Source: Mobula hypostoma
Lineage: Eukaryota
Direction of reading: 5' to 3'
Length of the DNA stretch: 64,000 bases
NCBI RefSeq assembly: GCF_963921235.1
Contig: NC_086097.1
Coordinates: 179,058,001-179,122,000, forward strand
The position numbers and the translations under genes were made by a program. Positions 61,060-64,000 of the stretch are shown here, one piece after another (the first letter of the stretch is position 1; every line of letters starts with the position of its first letter). The notes below the pieces were generated by a model. That model saw only the letters and a program-made list of their open reading frames with translations, did no database searches and was not told where the DNA came from.

Positions 61060-62900
61060 ACCATGTAGACAACATCCACTGCCTTACCTTCATCCTCTTT
61101 TCTGGTGTCTTCCACAAAATACTTCATAAGTTTGGTTAGACACAAAGCTATGTTGGCTATCCCCAGTCTGTTCCTGTCCATCAAAGTACATATATCTGGT
61201 CACTTAGAATACTTTCAAATAACTTACTCACTACTGGCATCAGACCCACTGGCCTGTAATTTCTTGACTTATTCTGAGAGCCTTTTTTAAACAACAGAAA
61301 ACATAGCTACCCTCCAGTCCTCTGGCACTTCACCTGTGGCTAAAGATGTATTAAATATCTCTGCTAGAACCCCTGCAGTTTCTGCACTAGTTTCCCATAG
61401 GGTCTGAGGGAACACCTCTGAGGGAAACAGTTTCCTGTGGATTTATCCATCTTAATTTGCCTCAAGACAGCAAACAGCTCTTTTCCTGTAATCTGTATGT
61501 GGTCCAAGACCTCACTGTTGACTTGCCACACCTCTATAGATTCTGTGTCTGTCTCACAAATAAATACAGATGCAAAAATTCTATTTAAAATCTCCCCATC
61601 TCTTTCGGATCCATGCATAGAAGACCACTCCAATCAATTTTGTACTTTTCTATCTCTTTGCTCTTAATATACCTGTGGAAGCTCTTGGGATTCTCCTTCA
61701 CTATGTCTGCAAGAACAACCCCATGTCTTCTTTATCCTTTCTGATTTCCTTCTTGTGTGTTCTCTTGCATTTCTTGAACTCTGCAGCTGGGGAGGAAAGG
61801 AACTGTCAATGTTTCCGGTTGAAGCCCTGCATCAGATCCAAATCAGGAGATTCAAAGGGAACCTAAGGGGCAAATTTCTCACACCAAGGGTGTTGGGTTG
61901 AGGAACAAGCTTCAAGTAAAAGTTATGATTCTTAAAGTACATTTAGACAGGTACATGGATCGAAAAGGATGAGTGGGATAAGGGCCAAATGCAGGGAGAT
62001 GCAAATAGCTCAAGTTGACAACTTGGTTAGCATGAACAAGTTGAGCCGAAGGGTATCTTTCTATGCTGAATATCTATATATGTGGCTCTGGTTGGACCCA
62101 GCATGGATCTGATGGGCTGACTCCCTCTTTCTGCTACTCATGGCCAATAATTCTAACCAAGTTTGCAAGTTTCAATTTGATATTTTTCTTTTTGTCTTTG
62201 CATTATCTAAAGTTGACAGGAACTTGCACCCCCACCTTCTCAGGACATCCCAAATCTTTTACAGCACTGACATCCTTTAGAAGTGCAGTCCCTCTGGTAA
62301 TCTAGAAGAGACAGTGAGGAGGAACAGAGGGATCTAGGGGTTCTCATCCACAGATCCCTCAAAGTTGCCACACAAATTGATAAGGTGGTTGAGTAGGCAG
62401 CTGGTGTTTTGGCCTTTGCTAGTCAGAGGATTGAGTTCAAGAGCTCTGAGGTGATGTTGTGTTCAGTTCAATATGAAAGGTATGGGAACTTTAGGGAGAG
62501 TGTAGAGGTCAGGAGATTACCAGGATGCTGCCTGCATTAGAGAGTATGTCTTATGAGGATAGTTTGAGTGAGCTTGGCTATTCTCGTTGGAGAGGAGAGA
62601 CAGAAGTTCATAAGATGATAAGAGGCATAGAGAGTGACTTCTTCACAGGGTTGAAATGGTAACTGGAGGAAATCATAAGGGGTATGTCAAAGGTAGGTTC
62701 TTTAAATCTGTCCAGAGAGTGGTGGATGTATGGGATGCACTGCCAGCGGGTGGTGGTTGAAGCAGATACATTAGGAACATTTAACAGATCTTTAGGTTGG
62801 CACATGGATGTAAGAAAAATGGAGGGCTATGGGGGAGAGAATGGTTAGATTGATCTTAAGGTATGTTAGAAGGTCAGAACAACATCAACAGGGCTGAAGG
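61060..62900 (-). repeat. Inverted segmental duplication, copy B
   Basis: Reverse complement of ~24280-26100. 62233-62335 is identical to 24845-24947. Confidence 0.92.
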
Positions 62901-63184
62901 GCCTGTACTGCACCGTTCTATGTTCTTTGACACAGTAAGATCCCAGAACTGCAGCGTTGCTGTGGGCTGTTGAATGAGATTAATGACTGGTTTATGGTAG
63001 GTGTGAGATGGAATGGGTGCTGTTGGAGGTCACCTGTTCTGGGGAGATCAGAGGTTTCAAAATCTCACCCCTAAAAACCTTTCCAATGTCCTTGGGCAGA
63101 GGATTTGGTTCAATTCTGTTTCCACAAAAGAAACTGCATTTGTGAAGAGGAAGCAGAAGATGCCCAAGGCTTAGTGACCCATGG

Positions 63185-64000
63185 AGTGATAGAGTCGTAC
63201 AGCATGAAAACAGTCCCTTCAACACAGCTCATCCTTGCCAAACATGTTGCCTATCTAAGCTAGTCCCATTTCCTTGCTTTTGGCCTATATCCCTCTAAAT
63301 CAGGAGTTCTCATCCCTGGAGTCCATGAACCTCTTGCTTAATGGTATTGGTCCATGGCATAAAAAGTTTGGGAACTCTTGCTCTAAACCTTTCCTATCAA
63401 TGTAACTCTCCAATTGTCTTTTAAACAATTGTAATTGTACCCACTTCTACCATTTCCTCTGGCAGCTCGTTTCATATATTCACTACCCTCTGTGTGAAAA
63501 ACCTACCTCTCAGATCTGTTTGAAATCTTTCCCTTCTCACCTTAAATGTGTGGACTCTAGTTCTAGTCTCCTCTTCTCTGGGAAAGGACCGTTTCCATTA
63601 TCTATGCCCCTCAAGATTTTAGAAACCTCTGCAAGGTCACCTCTCAACTTCCTTCCCTCCAGTGGAAACAACCCCAGCCTCTCCAGTCTCTCCTTGTAAC
63701 TCAAGCCCTGCAGTCCTGGCAACATCTTCGAGAATCTTTTCTGTATCCTCTCTAACTAATCACATCCTTCCCATATGTGGTGACCAGAACTGCACACAGT
63801 GTTCTAGAGGCAGTCCCACCAACATCCTGTACAGATGGAAAATGACCAACCAATTCCTGTACCCCTGTACTCAATCCCCATTTGATGAAAGCAAGCATAC
63901 CATGTATCTTCTTCACTACCCTATGTTGCCACATTCAGAGAACTATATACTAGTACCCCTCAATCCAGCCATTCCACAACACTCCCCAGACCCTTCTCAT
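63185..64000 (-). mobile_element. CR1 3' portion running off the window end
   Basis: Minus peptides MLPGLQGLSYKERLERLGLF and VVKKIHGMLAFI. Confidence 0.9.
63301..63380. mobile_element. 80-bp hAT-type MITE
   Basis: Imperfect TIRs caggagttctca / tgggaactcttg and 8-bp TSD ctctaaat (63293-63300) / ctctaaac (63381-63388). Interrupts the CR1 3'UTR. Confidence 0.8.

Overview
Eukaryotic (vertebrate) genomic DNA dominated by retroelements. The repeat inventory points by inference to a cartilaginous fish, probably a ray or shark: CR1-clade LINEs with an SGNH-esterase ORF1 and 8-bp microsatellite tails, HE1/V-SINE-like and DeuSINE-like SINEs, Rex1/Babar-like LINEs and Neptune-type Penelope-like elements (PLEs). 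Every long ORF I can assign belongs to a TE (APE endonuclease, RT, GIY-YIG, SGNH) or is an artefact of a stop-free minisatellite, and no element has a fully intact ORF set. The only host-gene candidate is a putative last exon plus 3'UTR at 2077-~2720 (+). Most notable: (1) a ~1.8-kb inverted segmental duplication (~24280-26100 vs ~61060-62900) with patchy near-identity and a 103-bp identical core on a DeuSINE-like relic that reads as a 66-nt in-frame cassette exon; (2) minimal hammerhead-ribozyme motifs in PLE termini, including three fold-back insertions (two with clear TSDs); (3) a dispersed 33-bp minisatellite apparently born from a CR1 3' segment; (4) deeply nested CR1 clusters. Family names come from recalled motifs, not database searches. 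Boundaries of decayed elements are approximate (tens of bp).
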